DNA of 57,358 bases from assembly GCA_947599825.1 (NCBI GenBank), contig CANQFS010000004.1, positions 1-57,358 on the forward strand, written 5' to 3'. Origin of the DNA: an uncultured Clostridia bacterium. Its GTDB lineage: Bacteria > Bacillota > Clostridia > TANB77 > CAG-508. Shown here piece by piece: positions 18,420 through 29,204 of the stretch. Made by a program: the position numbers and the translations under genes. Numbering within the stretch: the stretch's first letter is position 1; the number at the start of each line of letters is the position of its first letter. The notes under the pieces are model-generated. The model was not told where the DNA came from. It saw only the letters and a list, made by a program, of their open reading frames with translations, and did no database searches.

Positions 18420-18623
18420 ATGGCAATTATTGTAAATGTAGATGTAATGCTTGCAAAAAGAAAAATGTCATCTAATGAACTGGCTGAAAAAGTAGGAATT
18501 ACTCCTGCAAATCTTTCAATTTTAAAAACAAATAAAGCAAAAGCAATTCGATTTTCTACATTAGATAAAATTTGTGAAGTTTTGGATTGCAAGCCGGGTG
18601 ATATTTTAGATTACCAAAAATAA
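18420..18623 (+). CDS. Small XRE-family HTH transcriptional regulator (YozG-like, 67 aa)
   Basis: MAIIVNVDVMLAKRKMSSNELAEKVGITPANLSILKTNKAKAIRFSTLDKICEVLDCKPGDIL is a classic Cro/C1 HTH. Start placed at ATG 18420 rather than track start 18372. Confidence 0.85.
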   Translation: MAIIVNVDVMLAKRKMSSNELAEKVGITPANLSILKTNKAKAIRFSTLDKICEVLDCKPGDILDYQK

Positions 18624-18699
18624 AAAATCTTAGGCTTACTTATTTATGAATTAATGCAAAGAAGTTAATTTTTATACTTTTAAGTGAAACGAGAAAGGA

Positions 18700-20142
18700 A
18701 TGGATTTTATTATGGAAGTAGTAGGAAGTATTTTATTATCTATTGTTCAATCAATTTTATTTTATGGAAAAGAACTAGGAATTTCTATTATCCTATTTCT
18801 AATTTTAGCAAATGGAATTTTATATTACATTGTTTATAAAAAGAACAAAATATACAACAAAAAAGGATTTTTTCTTTTAATTCCTATTGTATTATTGGGA
18901 AGTACCTATTTCATTTTTGCAAATAGAGTATTTTATACCATGAACTTATTTGTATTAGCACTATTACATATTTTAATGTATGCAATTGTAACAAATAACT
19001 CTGCTCATATAGTAAATATTGCAACAGATACTGCTTTAGACTTAGAAGATGCTATTACAATTACAACGGAAAATACTAAAAAAGTGGTAGGAAAGAAGGA
19101 AATAATTGAAAAAGAAAGATTGAAAAAAGTAGCAATTTCTGTATTTTTTGTATTTGTGGTTGTAGGAATTATTCTTATTTTACTTGCATCTGCAGATAGC
19201 ATTTTTGCAAGTTTATTTTCTGACGTAAGTGTTTTCTTTAGAAATATAAATATGGCAACTATATGGAATTTTATACTAAGAGTGGTAATAATAGTTGCTT
19301 TTTATCTTTTTTTCTTAAATTATACTTTGAAAATACAAAAAGAATATAAGAAAGAAGAAAAGGAAGCAAAAAATGTAAAAAATGAATATGAATTTACTAT
19401 AAAATTACTTTTAATTGCACTAAACGTCATTTATTTGGTATTTTGTTTTATTCAAATTAAATCTTTATTTGCTAAAATTAATACGCAAGAAGCATTTAAT
19501 TATGCAAATTATGCAAGAACAGGGTTCTTCCAATTAATGTTCGTTTCTATAATTAACTTTGCTATTATTTTAATATCTAATAGATATGATAAAAAGTTAA
19601 TTAAAATTTTAAATTTACTTTTAGTAATATTTACTATTGTAATAGCAATATCTTCTATGTATCGTATGTATATGTATGAAATGGAGTATGGACTAACATA
19701 TTTAAGAATGTTTGTATATATCATTTTAGTAACTGAAATTATATGTTTTATTCCAATTGTTATTTCACTATTTTATAAGAAAGTCCATTTTATAAAAGCA
19801 TGTTTTATTATTGTGCTATGCGTTTATTGTGGCATTAATTATATGAATTTAGAAAGAATTATTATTAAGAAAAATATGGATAGACAAATAAGCAGTGTGC
19901 CAGTTGATTACGAGTATATTGCTAGTATTGCAAGTGAAGATAGTTTCAATATTTTAGAGGAAGAATTGCATAAAGAAAATAGAACAACAAAGGAAAAATT
20001 AGAAATAGTTGATATTTTGTTAAGACTAGCAAACAATGCTAAGAGTTTAAGTTTGCAAGAGTGGAATATATCAAAGGCAAAAATAAAAAATGTTGATATA
20101 GAAAATTTACAAAAGGAAAGGGAAGCATTAGAAAAAATTTAG
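18700..20142 (+). CDS. Polytopic membrane protein (about 10 TM, DUF4153/DUF4173-like) with a C-terminal soluble tail
   Basis: Hydrophobicity pattern only; the family assignment is tentative. Confidence 0.55.
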   Translation: MDFIMEVVGSILLSIVQSILFYGKELGISIILFLILANGILYYIVYKKNKIYNKKGFFLLIPIVLLGSTYFIFANRVFYTMNLFVLALLHILMYAIVTNNSAHIVNIATDTALDLEDAITITTENTKKVVGKKEIIEKERLKKVAISVFFVFVVVGIILILLASADSIFASLFSDVSVFFRNINMATIWNFILRVVIIVAFYLFFLNYTLKIQKEYKKEEKEAKNVKNEYEFTIKLLLIALNVIYLVFCFIQIKSLFAKINTQEAFNYANYARTGFFQLMFVSIINFAIILISNRYDKKLIKILNLLLVIFTIVIAISSMYRMYMYEMEYGLTYLRMFVYIILVTEIICFIPIVISLFYKKVHFIKACFIIVLCVYCGINYMNLERIIIKKNMDRQISSVPVDYEYIASIASEDSFNILEEELHKENRTTKEKLEIVDILLRLANNAKSLSLQEWNISKAKIKNVDIENLQKEREALEKI

Positions 20143-20157
20143 ATTCTAGTAAAACAT

Positions 20158-20397
20158 TTGAAACAATTCAATTTCCTAATCGGTGAATTTTCGCTATCAG
20201 ACCCAAATGGAGAAGAATGGCAAGATTGTTATGATTATTTTTATTTACCAACACAAGACGAAAATGGTATTTTAACAGTATTGGTTTCAGGTGGTTATGA
20301 AGGAGGTTATAATCAAGGTAAAACAAGAGCCAAATATATTTCTTCTGACAATGGCTATACATGGCAGTTTGTAGAAGAGGTTTGGAAAGAGGTGTAG
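20158..20397 (+). CDS. Possible small protein containing one Asp-box (SSDNGYTW)
   Basis: 79-codon ORF with a TTG start and no convincing RBS. Contains an SxDxGxTW BNR-like motif. Confidence 0.3.
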   Translation: MKQFNFLIGEFSLSDPNGEEWQDCYDYFYLPTQDENGILTVLVSGGYEGGYNQGKTRAKYISSDNGYTWQFVEEVWKEV

Positions 20398-20479
20398 CAT
20401 TTAAAATAATTATTGCAATTTATAAAAAGTATGTGATATACTTTCTATAGTAACATTTATGAAAAAAGAGGTGTAAAAA

Positions 20480-21134
20480 TTGCAAGATAAATATAATATG
20501 ACACTAGAACAAAATTTGTTTTTAGCAAAGAAAAATCTAATAGAAAATATATATGCAAATGCTAGAATGGAAGGTTTAAATATAACATTTCCACAAACAA
20601 AAACAATACTAGAAGGAGTTAATATTCCAAATTTAAAAATAGATGAAATTCAATGTATATTAAATTTAAGAGATGCTTGGAAATTTGTTATTTCTAATAT
20701 AGAAGACGAATTCAATTTAAAATTTATATGTAAAGTAAATGAATATGTTTCAAGAAATGAAAGTTTAGAATGGGGAAAATTAAGAACACGGCAAAGTCGA
20801 AATTACAGGAACTAATTATATACCAGAAATTCCTAATGAGGAAGAAGTAAATAAAGAAATAGAGGATATCTTAAAAATAGACAATATTACGAATAAAGCA
20901 ATAACATATATGTTATATGGTATGAGAAAACAATTATTCTGGGATGGAAATAAAAGAACAAGTACAATAGTTGCAAATAAAATTATGATACAAAACGGAA
21001 AAGGTATTATTAAAGTGCCAGATAATAAACTAGAACAATTTAATACATTATTGTCTGATTACTATACTACAAATAATATGGATACTATAAAACAATTTAT
21101 ATACGAAAACTGTATAGATGGAATAACAATGTAA
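20480..21134 (+). pseudogene. Fic/DOC-family protein with a degenerate active-site motif; +1 frameshift at CGG 20789..20791
   Basis: Skipping C20789 gives one ORF: ...LEWGKLRT-GKVEITGTNYIPEIPNEEEV...MLYGMRKQLFWDGNKRTS... The Fic core HPFxDGNGR reads QLFWDGNKR. AGAGGTG RBS precedes TTG 20480. Confidence 0.75.
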
Positions 21135-21244
21135 TTATATGAAAAGAATAATTTAATAATAGTGACAAATTAAATACTATATGTTAAAATATATTTAACT
21201 TAACCCTCTACTACTTTTGTAGTAAGACGGGAGCCTAAAAGACT

Positions 21245-21285
21245 TAGAAGAGTTATTAAAACTCTTCTATCTTTATTTTTGTAAA
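21245..21285 (+). terminator. Rho-independent terminator after the Fic-like gene
   Basis: tagaagagtt - attaa - aactcttcta followed by a T-rich tail. Confidence 0.5.
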
Positions 21286-21406
21286 ATATTTAAGTATCAA
21301 TCAAATCAAGAGATTCTTTTATTATGTCTTTTTAGATTCTTTACTATTGAAAAAAATCCCAATTATTGATATAATATAGACGTTAAAACAAAAGAGAGGA
21401 AAAAAC

Positions 21407-22297
21407 ATGGAATATATTGGAATAGATTTAGGTGGAACAAATATTAGAGTAGGCGGAATGGACGAAAGCGAAAATATTGCATTTGAATATAAGGAGCCAA
21501 CTTTTCAAAATGTTACAACTAGTGAAGATTTATACAATAAAATAAAAAACTTAATAAAAAAAGTTCCAGACTATAAAGACGCAAAAGCAATTGGAATGGC
21601 AGTGGCAGGCTCTGTAGACCACGATACCAAGCAAATTGTAACAGCAAGAAACATTAGCATTTTAAAAGAATATCCATTAGTAGAAAAATTAACAAAAGAA
21701 TTCCAAAAGCCAGTTTTTATGGAAAATGATGCAAGAGTAGCAGCCTTAGCAGAAGCGGTAAGTGGTAGAGGAAAAGGAAAAAACATTGTATGCTATATTA
21801 CTATTAGCACAGGGCTTGGCGGAGGAATCATTAGTAACCAAAAAATATATTATGGTAGCCATTTTTTAGGAGGCTATCTTTCTAGAATGATTTTAGATGG
21901 AACAAACACAAGCGATTCTTTAATTAGTGGAACAGCCTTATGCCGCTTCGCAAAAGAAAAGATAGATAATAACATTAAAACTACCAAAGAACTATTTGAA
22001 CTATACAAAAATCAAAACAATGTAGCAATAGAAATAATAGAAGAATTTAAGAAAAACTTAGTAGCCTTACTTTTAAATGTATCTTGCACCTTCAATCCAG
22101 ATATTATTGTATTAGGTGGAGGAGTGCTAGAGTCAAAAGAATATTTCTTAGAAGAAGTAAAAGAGCAATTTAAAGAAAAAGCACATATATTAGCGCAAAA
22201 TACTATTATAGATACAGCACAATATAAAGAGCCAGGGATTATGGGAGCATGCTTACTTGCAAAAAATGGAACAATAAAAAGCAAAGATGAGAAATAA
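21407..22297 (+). CDS. ROK-family sugar kinase (glucokinase-like)
   Basis: N-terminal IGIDLGGTNIRVG ATP-binding motif, plus ENDARVAALAE and GGGV motifs. Confidence 0.85.
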   Translation: MEYIGIDLGGTNIRVGGMDESENIAFEYKEPTFQNVTTSEDLYNKIKNLIKKVPDYKDAKAIGMAVAGSVDHDTKQIVTARNISILKEYPLVEKLTKEFQKPVFMENDARVAALAEAVSGRGKGKNIVCYITISTGLGGGIISNQKIYYGSHFLGGYLSRMILDGTNTSDSLISGTALCRFAKEKIDNNIKTTKELFELYKNQNNVAIEIIEEFKKNLVALLLNVSCTFNPDIIVLGGGVLESKEYFLEEVKEQFKEKAHILAQNTIIDTAQYKEPGIMGACLLAKNGTIKSKDEK

Positions 22298-22411
22298 AAC
22301 TAAAAAGCAAAATAAGTACGAAAAATAAGTATAAATTTGACTACTTTAGAAAAAATAATCTTTTTGCCATAATAGTAAAAAATAAAAATTAAAAACGAAC
22401 AGGAGAAAATT

Positions 22412-23323
22412 ATGGGATTTTTTGATAAATTAAAAAACGGTTTAAATAAAACCAAAACTTCATTTGATGAAAAAATTAACCAAGTATTTAGTGGGTTTCG
22501 CAAAGTAGATGAAGAACTATTAGAAGAATTAGAAGAAATTTTAATTATGTCAGATGTAGGAACAGAAACATCATTAAAAATTATAGACAATTTAAGAAAA
22601 AAAATAAAATTAAATAATCTAAAAGATGAACAAGAAGTAAAAGAAGCCTTAAAAGAAGAAATGCAAACTATTTTAGAGCAAACAGATAGCAGTTTAGCAC
22701 TAAATACCACCCCATCTGTTATTTTAGTAGTAGGAGTAAACGGAGTAGGAAAAACAACATCTATTGGAAAAATAGCAAACAGATTAAAACAAGAAGGCAA
22801 AAAAGTGGTAGTAGCAGCGGCAGATACTTTCCGTGCTGCAGCAGTAGAGCAACTAGAAATTTGGGCAAATAGAGCAGGAGTTGGAATAGTAAAAAAAGAA
22901 GAAGGCTCAGATCCCGCTTCTGTTGTATATGATGCTATAAAACAAGCAAAAGAAACCAATGCTGATGTCTTAATTTGTGACACAGCAGGAAGACTTCATA
23001 ATAAAAAATATTTAATGGACGAACTAGAAAAAATCAAAAAAGTAATAGATAAAGAACTACCAGAGGCTTCAAAAGAAATTTTATTAGTGTTAGATGCTAC
23101 AACTGGTCAAAATGCAATTATGCAAGTAAAAGCATTTAAAGAAACAGTAGATATTACAGGACTTGTGCTAACAAAATTAGATGGTACAGCAAAAGGTGGA
23201 GTAGTTATTGGAATTGTAGATGAAAACAAATTACCAATAAAATTTATTGGTGTAGGTGAGCAAATAGACGATATGGAAATTTTTAATGCCAAAGATTTCG
23301 TAAACGCATTTTTTGCAGAATAA
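22412..23323 (+). CDS. ftsY: Signal recognition particle receptor FtsY
   Basis: NG domain with [18 protein letters not shown] and [10 protein letters not shown] motifs. The minus-strand track ORF 22300..22983 is the antisense shadow. Confidence 0.95.
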   Translation: MGFFDKLKNGLNKTKTSFDEKINQVFSGFRKVDEELLEELEEILIMSDVGTETSLKIIDNLRKKIKLNNLKDEQEVKEALKEEMQTILEQTDSSLALNTTPSVILVVGVNGVGKTTSIGKIANRLKQEGKKVVVAAADTFRAAAVEQLEIWANRAGVGIVKKEEGSDPASVVYDAIKQAKETNADVLICDTAGRLHNKKYLMDELEKIKKVIDKELPEASKEILLVLDATTGQNAIMQVKAFKETVDITGLVLTKLDGTAKGGVVIGIVDENKLPIKFIGVGEQIDDMEIFNAKDFVNAFFAE

Positions 23324-23433
23324 AATCTTTAACAATTAAAAAGTTATGTAAGATTTAAAAATAAATATTCTATGTACTATTAGAAGAAAATATAAAAACA
23401 CTTCTACAAACAAAACAAGGAGGTCAAGAAAAG

Positions 23434-26283
23434 TTGCAAATAAAAAAAGAAACCAAAAACACACAAGAAAAACAAAGCAAAATAAACATTAAAACTCGCT
23501 TTTTTATTGTACTTATTGTTGCAATTATTACCATTATTATAGGGTATATTGCCTTTCGTGGAACCTATTTAGAAATGATGGAAATAGGGGAAAATTACCT
23601 AAGTGTATTTTGGCAAAATATAAAATATATGGCAATCACATTATTTGGTAATTTCATTATTATTTATACTATGATTTATGCGACAAACGTAGCAATTAAA
23701 AAAGGACTAAAAGAATTTTTTGACCAAGAAAAAAAGCCAATGCCAAAACTATTAAATAAGTCTATTGCTTTTATTAGTGCTATTGTTATTAGTATTACTA
23801 CTTCTAGTTATATATTAGAAAAAGCAATGCTATGTTTTAATAGTGCACAATTTGGTATGCAAGATCCAATTTTTGGACTAGATATAGGTTATTTTGTATT
23901 TCAAAAACCATTTATTGAACTTGCAATTTGGTATTTTCTAATTGCTACTATAGCACTATTAGCATATATGGCAGCTTACTATATCACTTCATTCAACTTA
24001 TTTTTTGATGGAGTAGATAGAAAAATATTAAAAACAAGTAAGTTAATTAAGCAAGTTACTACTTTAGTAATGATTATAGCTATTTTACTTGCTATTCTTA
24101 TTCTATTTAAAACACAAGATATTGGAACTGATAAATTTTTAACTTTAGAAGATGGACAGACTTCTTATTCGCTATATGGAGCAGGCTTTAATGATGTTAC
24201 GGTAAAATTATGGGGGTATCGCATTTTAGCACTTGTTATTGTTACTTCTGCATATTTAGGTATAAAACTATTCAAACAAGATAAAACAAGAAAATTAGTG
24301 TTATGTGTTGCTATGGTTCCTATTTATCTTGTTGGTATGTTTTTTGTAATGATAGTATCTGAAACATTATTTATTAACAATAATGAATTAGATACTCAAA
24401 AGCAATACATTGAGGCAAATATTCAATATACAAAAAATGCTTATGGCATAGATATTGAAGAAATTAGCTTAGATAGCACAGTAGAAAACATTACTACAAA
24501 AGAGTTAAATAAATATCAAGATATTTTGAATAATATTGCTATAGTAAGCAAAGACATTGTATTAAAAGACGTACAAAATGGTCAAACAGCAAAAGGATAT
24601 TATTCTTTCCGAAATACTCAAATTGGAGAATATTACATTGATGGAAAAGAACAACTTATATATTTATCACCAAGAGAAATGGTAAATAGTAGTGGAACTT
24701 ATAATAATAAAACATATGAATATACTCATGGCTATGGTGCTATTCTTACTTCTGCTACTTCTACTAAAGAAAGTGGAAACTTAAACCACATTCAAAAAGG
24801 TTTTAACGAAACAAACCAAGCAGTTACAATTACAGAGCCAAGAATTTATTTTGGACTTCAAACAGAAAACACAGTAGTTACTAATAGCAAAGATAAAAAA
24901 GAATTTGACTATCCAATTTTAGATTCTGCCTTAGCAGAAAATGTAGAAAATATGTATCAAGGAGAAGCGGGCCTAAGCCTAAACTTTTTTGATAGAATGA
25001 TACTTGCTATTAAAGAAGGAGATGCCAAATTAGTCTTTTCAGGAAGTGTTACAAAGGATAGCAAAATTCTAACTAATCGTAACATTATAAAAAGAGCAAA
25101 AACCATTATGCCATATTTAATTTATGACGAAAATGCTTATTTGGTAGTAACAGAAGAGGGAAAATTAGTATGGGTATTAGATGCTTACACTATTTCTAAT
25201 AATTATCCATATTCACAAAAAACTACAATTCGTGAAAGTTCAACAAGCAGGTTAGAACTAAATTATATTAGAAATTCAGTAAAAGTTTTGGTAGATAGTT
25301 ATGATGGTACAATTTCTTTCTATATTACAGATAGAACAGACCCAATTGCTATGGCATATCGTAACATTTACCCAGATTTATTTGTAGATTTAGAAGAAGA
25401 AATACCAGTAGATATTAGACAGCATTTTGTATATCCTGAGTATTTATATAATATTCAGGCTGATATTATTGCAAGATATCACAATATTCAACCAGATGTA
25501 TTGTATCGTAGCGATGATATCTGGAAAGTAGCAACTCATAGTATAGGAAGAATAATAAGCAAAACAGGAACAGAAATAGAACCATATTATACAATGGTAA
25601 AACTTAAAAATGAAGATGAAGCAAGTTTAGGATTAGTTCTTCCTTATACACCAGAGGGAAGGCAAAATGTCATTGCTTATTTAGTGGGAAGTTATGATAC
25701 CAACGCTAATAGTAAATTAACCATTTACAAATACTCAGCAGATAGCAATATTTTAGGACCAATGCAACTAGATACTCAAATAGAACAAGATGAAACAATT
25801 ATGAAAGAAATAGAAAGTTTAAATGTTAATGGAAAAACAGTAACCAAAAATATGATTTTAGTTCCATTAGATGATGAACTTCTATATGTAGAGCCAATTT
25901 ATACGAAATATTTAAATGAAAAAGATGCACTTCCAACTTTGAAAAAAGTAGTTGTTGCCGCAGGAAACAAAGTAGCAATTGGAGATACTTTAAAACAAGC
26001 ATTAGTAAATTTAGTTTCTAAAAATGCAGTAGATATTGAAATAGAAAATACAGATACTATAGAAGATTTAATTGATGCTATTATTAAAGCAAATCATAAT
26101 TTAAATGATTCAAACACTAGCAACAACTGGGAAATGATGGGAAAAGACGTTAAGCGTTTGCAAGACCTTGTTGAAAAATTAGAAGTATTGGTAGAAGAAC
26201 AAAATAAAGTGCAAAATGAATTAGAAGAAAACTTAAATGAAACTATAGATAATAGTATAATTGCAAATGAATTAGATGTATAA
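23434..26283 (+). CDS. UPF0182-family large membrane protein (949 aa)
   Basis: Seven N-terminal TM segments followed by a large extracytoplasmic domain. Architecture and length are typical of UPF0182. AAGGAGG RBS upstream of the TTG start. Confidence 0.8.
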   Translation: MQIKKETKNTQEKQSKINIKTRFFIVLIVAIITIIIGYIAFRGTYLEMMEIGENYLSVFWQNIKYMAITLFGNFIIIYTMIYATNVAIKKGLKEFFDQEKKPMPKLLNKSIAFISAIVISITTSSYILEKAMLCFNSAQFGMQDPIFGLDIGYFVFQKPFIELAIWYFLIATIALLAYMAAYYITSFNLFFDGVDRKILKTSKLIKQVTTLVMIIAILLAILILFKTQDIGTDKFLTLEDGQTSYSLYGAGFNDVTVKLWGYRILALVIVTSAYLGIKLFKQDKTRKLVLCVAMVPIYLVGMFFVMIVSETLFINNNELDTQKQYIEANIQYTKNAYGIDIEEISLDSTVENITTKELNKYQDILNNIAIVSKDIVLKDVQNGQTAKGYYSFRNTQIGEYYIDGKEQLIYLSPREMVNSSGTYNNKTYEYTHGYGAILTSATSTKESGNLNHIQKGFNETNQAVTITEPRIYFGLQTENTVVTNSKDKKEFDYPILDSALAENVENMYQGEAGLSLNFFDRMILAIKEGDAKLVFSGSVTKDSKILTNRNIIKRAKTIMPYLIYDENAYLVVTEEGKLVWVLDAYTISNNYPYSQKTTIRESSTSRLELNYIRNSVKVLVDSYDGTISFYITDRTDPIAMAYRNIYPDLFVDLEEEIPVDIRQHFVYPEYLYNIQADIIARYHNIQPDVLYRSDDIWKVATHSIGRIISKTGTEIEPYYTMVKLKNEDEASLGLVLPYTPEGRQNVIAYLVGSYDTNANSKLTIYKYSADSNILGPMQLDTQIEQDETIMKEIESLNVNGKTVTKNMILVPLDDELLYVEPIYTKYLNEKDALPTLKKVVVAAGNKVAIGDTLKQALVNLVSKNAVDIEIENTDTIEDLIDAIIKANHNLNDSNTSNNWEMMGKDVKRLQDLVEKLEVLVEEQNKVQNELEENLNETIDNSIIANELDV

Positions 26284-26294
26284 AATAAATAAAA

Positions 26295-26327
26295 AAACGC
26301 ACCCTATTAAAAAGGTGTGTTTTTTTA
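26295..26327 (+). terminator. Rho-independent terminator
   Basis: acgcacc - loop - ggtgtgt followed by T7. Confidence 0.6.
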
Positions 26328-26368
26328 TAGCATAGAAAAAAACAGAAAAATATTTTGAGAGGGAAAAA

Positions 26369-26659
26369 GTGTTTCAAAAAAAAGAAAAAGAGAGTTTGTT
26401 AATTAAACAAATTGATAACTTAAATAAAAACTTATTAGAAAGCAATTTATTAGAAATTGCTCAATTGTTAGGCGACAGAAAAAAGTTATTATGGACTAAT
26501 TTAATTGCAGGAATTTCAAGAGGTATTGGCATTGGTATTGGTGTAACCATTATTACAGCACTTTTAGTAATGTTACTGCAAAAAATTGTAACGCTTAACA
26601 TACCAGTTCTTGGTGAATATATTTCTGATATTGTAGAAATTGTTCAAAAAAGTAGGTAA
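26369..26659 (+). CDS. Small membrane protein (DUF5665-like)
   Basis: 96 aa with the GISRGIGIGIGVTIITALLV hydrophobic segment. GTG start. Confidence 0.6.
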   Translation: MFQKKEKESLLIKQIDNLNKNLLESNLLEIAQLLGDRKKLLWTNLIAGISRGIGIGIGVTIITALLVMLLQKIVTLNIPVLGEYISDIVEIVQKSR

Positions 26660-26735
26660 ATCTATGATTTTACTTGCTTTTTTTTATATTGTTTTATATA
26701 ATAAAGACGTGTTATTAGGAGGAATAATAGAAATT

Positions 26736-27686
26736 ATGAAAAAAGCATTAATTGTAGGGGCAAATGGTTTTGTAGGAAATTATTTAATACAAGAATTTTC
26801 TAATAATGGAGATAATGTTCTTGCTTCAGATATTCAAAAACAAAAAACATTTAATAGTAATGCTCCATATATAGATATAGATATTTTAGATAAAAAAAGA
26901 GTAGAGGAAGTAATACAAAAGTATCAACCAGATTATCTTGTTAATCTTGCTGCTATTAGTTCTGTTGGACTTTCATGGACTATTCCAGAAAAAACTATGC
27001 AAATAAATGTAGAAGGAAGTTTAAATTTATTAGAAGCGGTTAAAAAATTTGCTCCAAAATGTAAAATCCTTCTTATTGGTTCTGCAGAAGAATATGAAAG
27101 CCAAAATAGACCGTTAAAAGAGGAAGATCCAATTAAGGCAAATAACCCTTATGCAATATCTAAAATAGCACAAGAAAATTTTGCAAAATTGTATAAAGAA
27201 AAATATGGCTTAAATATTGTGTGCACACGTTCTTTTGACCATACTGGAATAGGTCAATCAGACCAATTTGTTATTCCAAGTTTTTGCAAACAAGTAGCCC
27301 AAATAGACAAATCTGGAAGACCTGGTAAAATTTATGTAGGAAATCTTTCAGCATATAGAGATTTCTCAGATGTAAGAGATATTGCAAAAGTTTATAGGGC
27401 TTTATTAGAAAATGAAACACCGGATTTAATTTATAATGTAGGCTCAGGAAAAGCATACAAAATAGAGCAATTATTAAATTACATTATTTCTTTATCTTCA
27501 CAAAAAATAGAAGTTGTAGTAGACAAAGAAAAGTTTAGACCAATAGATATACCTTATACTTGTTGTGATAATTCAAAAACAATACAATATTTTGATAACA
27601 CAGATATTAAAGAAACTATTAAAGGAATATATGAAAGTTTTAGAAATAGAAATATTAAAAAAGAATTAGAAGATGACGAAAGATAA
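26736..27686 (+). CDS. NAD-dependent sugar-nucleotide epimerase/dehydratase/reductase (extended SDR)
   Basis: GANGFVGNYL Rossmann motif and YAISK (YxxxK). Start placed at ATG 26736 behind GGAGG rather than track start 26640. Confidence 0.85.
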   Translation: MKKALIVGANGFVGNYLIQEFSNNGDNVLASDIQKQKTFNSNAPYIDIDILDKKRVEEVIQKYQPDYLVNLAAISSVGLSWTIPEKTMQINVEGSLNLLEAVKKFAPKCKILLIGSAEEYESQNRPLKEEDPIKANNPYAISKIAQENFAKLYKEKYGLNIVCTRSFDHTGIGQSDQFVIPSFCKQVAQIDKSGRPGKIYVGNLSAYRDFSDVRDIAKVYRALLENETPDLIYNVGSGKAYKIEQLLNYIISLSSQKIEVVVDKEKFRPIDIPYTCCDNSKTIQYFDNTDIKETIKGIYESFRNRNIKKELEDDER

Positions 27687-27709
27687 TAAAGAATGATGAG
27701 GAGGAAAAC

Positions 27710-28306
27710 ATGAATTTAGCCAATAAATTAACTATATTTCGTATTTTTTTAGTACCTATAATGATTATTGTTACATTTTTTAACTGGCAAGGAGAATTTT
27801 TAGAAATTCCTACAATGGCATGGGTATTGAATATTATTTTTATTATTGCATCTATTACAGATAAATTAGATGGCTATATTGCACGTTCAAGAAATCAAGT
27901 TACTACATTTGGAAAATTCTTAGACCCAATAGCAGACAAAGTATTAGTAATTACAGCATTAATTATTTTAGTAGAATTAAATAAACTTCCAGCATGGATT
28001 CCAACTGTTATTGTATTTCGTGAATTCATTGTTTCAGGTTACCGTTTAATTGCAGTAGAAAATGGTGGAAAGGTTATTGCAGCAAGTATTTGGGGAAAAC
28101 TAAAAACAGTTACTCAAATGTTAGCAATTATTGTTGCTTTTATGGATAATAATGCTTTTGGAGCAATATTTAAAGGTAACTTAGTAGGATACGAATTTGG
28201 CATAAATTTAGTTACTACTATCCTTATGATTACTTGTGTTATTGCTACTATATTTTCAGGTTGGGACTACATAAAAAATGCAAAAGAGTTATTAAAAGAC
28301 AGGTAA
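27710..28306 (+). CDS. pgsA: CDP-diacylglycerol--glycerol-3-phosphate 3-phosphatidyltransferase
   Basis: CDP-alcohol phosphatidyltransferase motif DKLDGYIAR-x8-G-x3-DPIADK, with multiple TM segments. Confidence 0.9.
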   Translation: MNLANKLTIFRIFLVPIMIIVTFFNWQGEFLEIPTMAWVLNIIFIIASITDKLDGYIARSRNQVTTFGKFLDPIADKVLVITALIILVELNKLPAWIPTVIVFREFIVSGYRLIAVENGGKVIAASIWGKLKTVTQMLAIIVAFMDNNAFGAIFKGNLVGYEFGINLVTTILMITCVIATIFSGWDYIKNAKELLKDR

Positions 28307-28394
28307 AAAAATAATAAACAACAAATAAAAAAATAAAATATTTTTAAAACATTAAATAAGTAATAACATAAAAGACTAAAGTGAGGGCAAAATA

Positions 28395-29186
28395 ATGGAA
28401 TTGATTAAATCAATCATAAAAAACAGAAAACTAATTTGGCAACTAGGAAGAAACGATTTTAAAAATCGTTTTGCTAGTACAAGCCTTGGAAGCATATGGG
28501 GGTTCTTACAGCCCTTTGTTTTCATGTTTACTTATGTTATTGTATTTCAATATATTTTAAAAACAAATAGTAGCGGAGAAATTACTTATGTAGCATGGTT
28601 CTTACCAGGCATGGCTATTTGGCAATGGTTAAATGATAGCATTATGTCAGCAAGCAATTCTATTAGAACTTATAGTTACTTGGTAAAAAAAGTAGTATTT
28701 CCAGTAGATATTATTCCAATGATATCAATTGTAGCATCAAGTTTTGTTGGAATATTTTTAGTGTTAGTTGCTAGTATTGTATGTATGGTATTTGGATATT
28801 TTCCTAATGTATTAGAATTAATTTATGTACTTTTAGCATTTTTTGCATTTGTAATTGCTTTTACAAGATTTACTTCTGCAATTACTACTATAGTACCAGA
28901 TTTTTCAAACTTACTTGGTATTGCAATGCAACTATTTTTCTGGTTTACACCAATTATTTGGAATTTAAGTATGCTAGAGGGGCATCAAACTATACTAACT
29001 ATTATAAAATGCACACCATTTACTTATTTAGTAACAACATTTAGAGAAGTATTTATACCAGGTAGTATGCTAACAGACAATCATTTCTTATTTACTATTG
29101 TTTTTTGGGTTATTACAGTTGTTATGTATGTTTGGGGAAATAGTGTATTTAGAAGAAATAAAAAAGACTTTGCAGATGTTCTATAA
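28395..29186 (+). CDS. ABC-2 type polysaccharide/teichoic-acid export permease (Wzm/TagG-like)
   Basis: 263 aa with 6 TM segments. The N-terminal FKNRFASTSLGSIWGFLQP is typical of this family. Confidence 0.85.
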   Translation: MELIKSIIKNRKLIWQLGRNDFKNRFASTSLGSIWGFLQPFVFMFTYVIVFQYILKTNSSGEITYVAWFLPGMAIWQWLNDSIMSASNSIRTYSYLVKKVVFPVDIIPMISIVASSFVGIFLVLVASIVCMVFGYFPNVLELIYVLLAFFAFVIAFTRFTSAITTIVPDFSNLLGIAMQLFFWFTPIIWNLSMLEGHQTILTIIKCTPFTYLVTTFREVFIPGSMLTDNHFLFTIVFWVITVVMYVWGNSVFRRNKKDFADVL

Positions 29187-29204
29187 AAGTAGGAGGATTG
29201 TTTT

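Noticed and set aside
21135-21406. Possible riboswitch or sRNA between the Fic-like gene and the ROK kinase gene
   Set aside because: I could find only a short hairpin and a terminator-like stem-loop, with no recognisable riboswitch core. It is reported only as a terminator.
22300-22983. 227-aa minus-strand ORF
   Set aside because: It is fully antisense to the well-supported ftsY, has a low-complexity Ser/Phe-rich translation and no RBS. The same reasoning applies to 1034..1516(-) in der, 48357..48668(-) in ruvB, 55950..56291(-) in queH, 35228..35581(-), 41354..41701(-) and 14530..14814(-).
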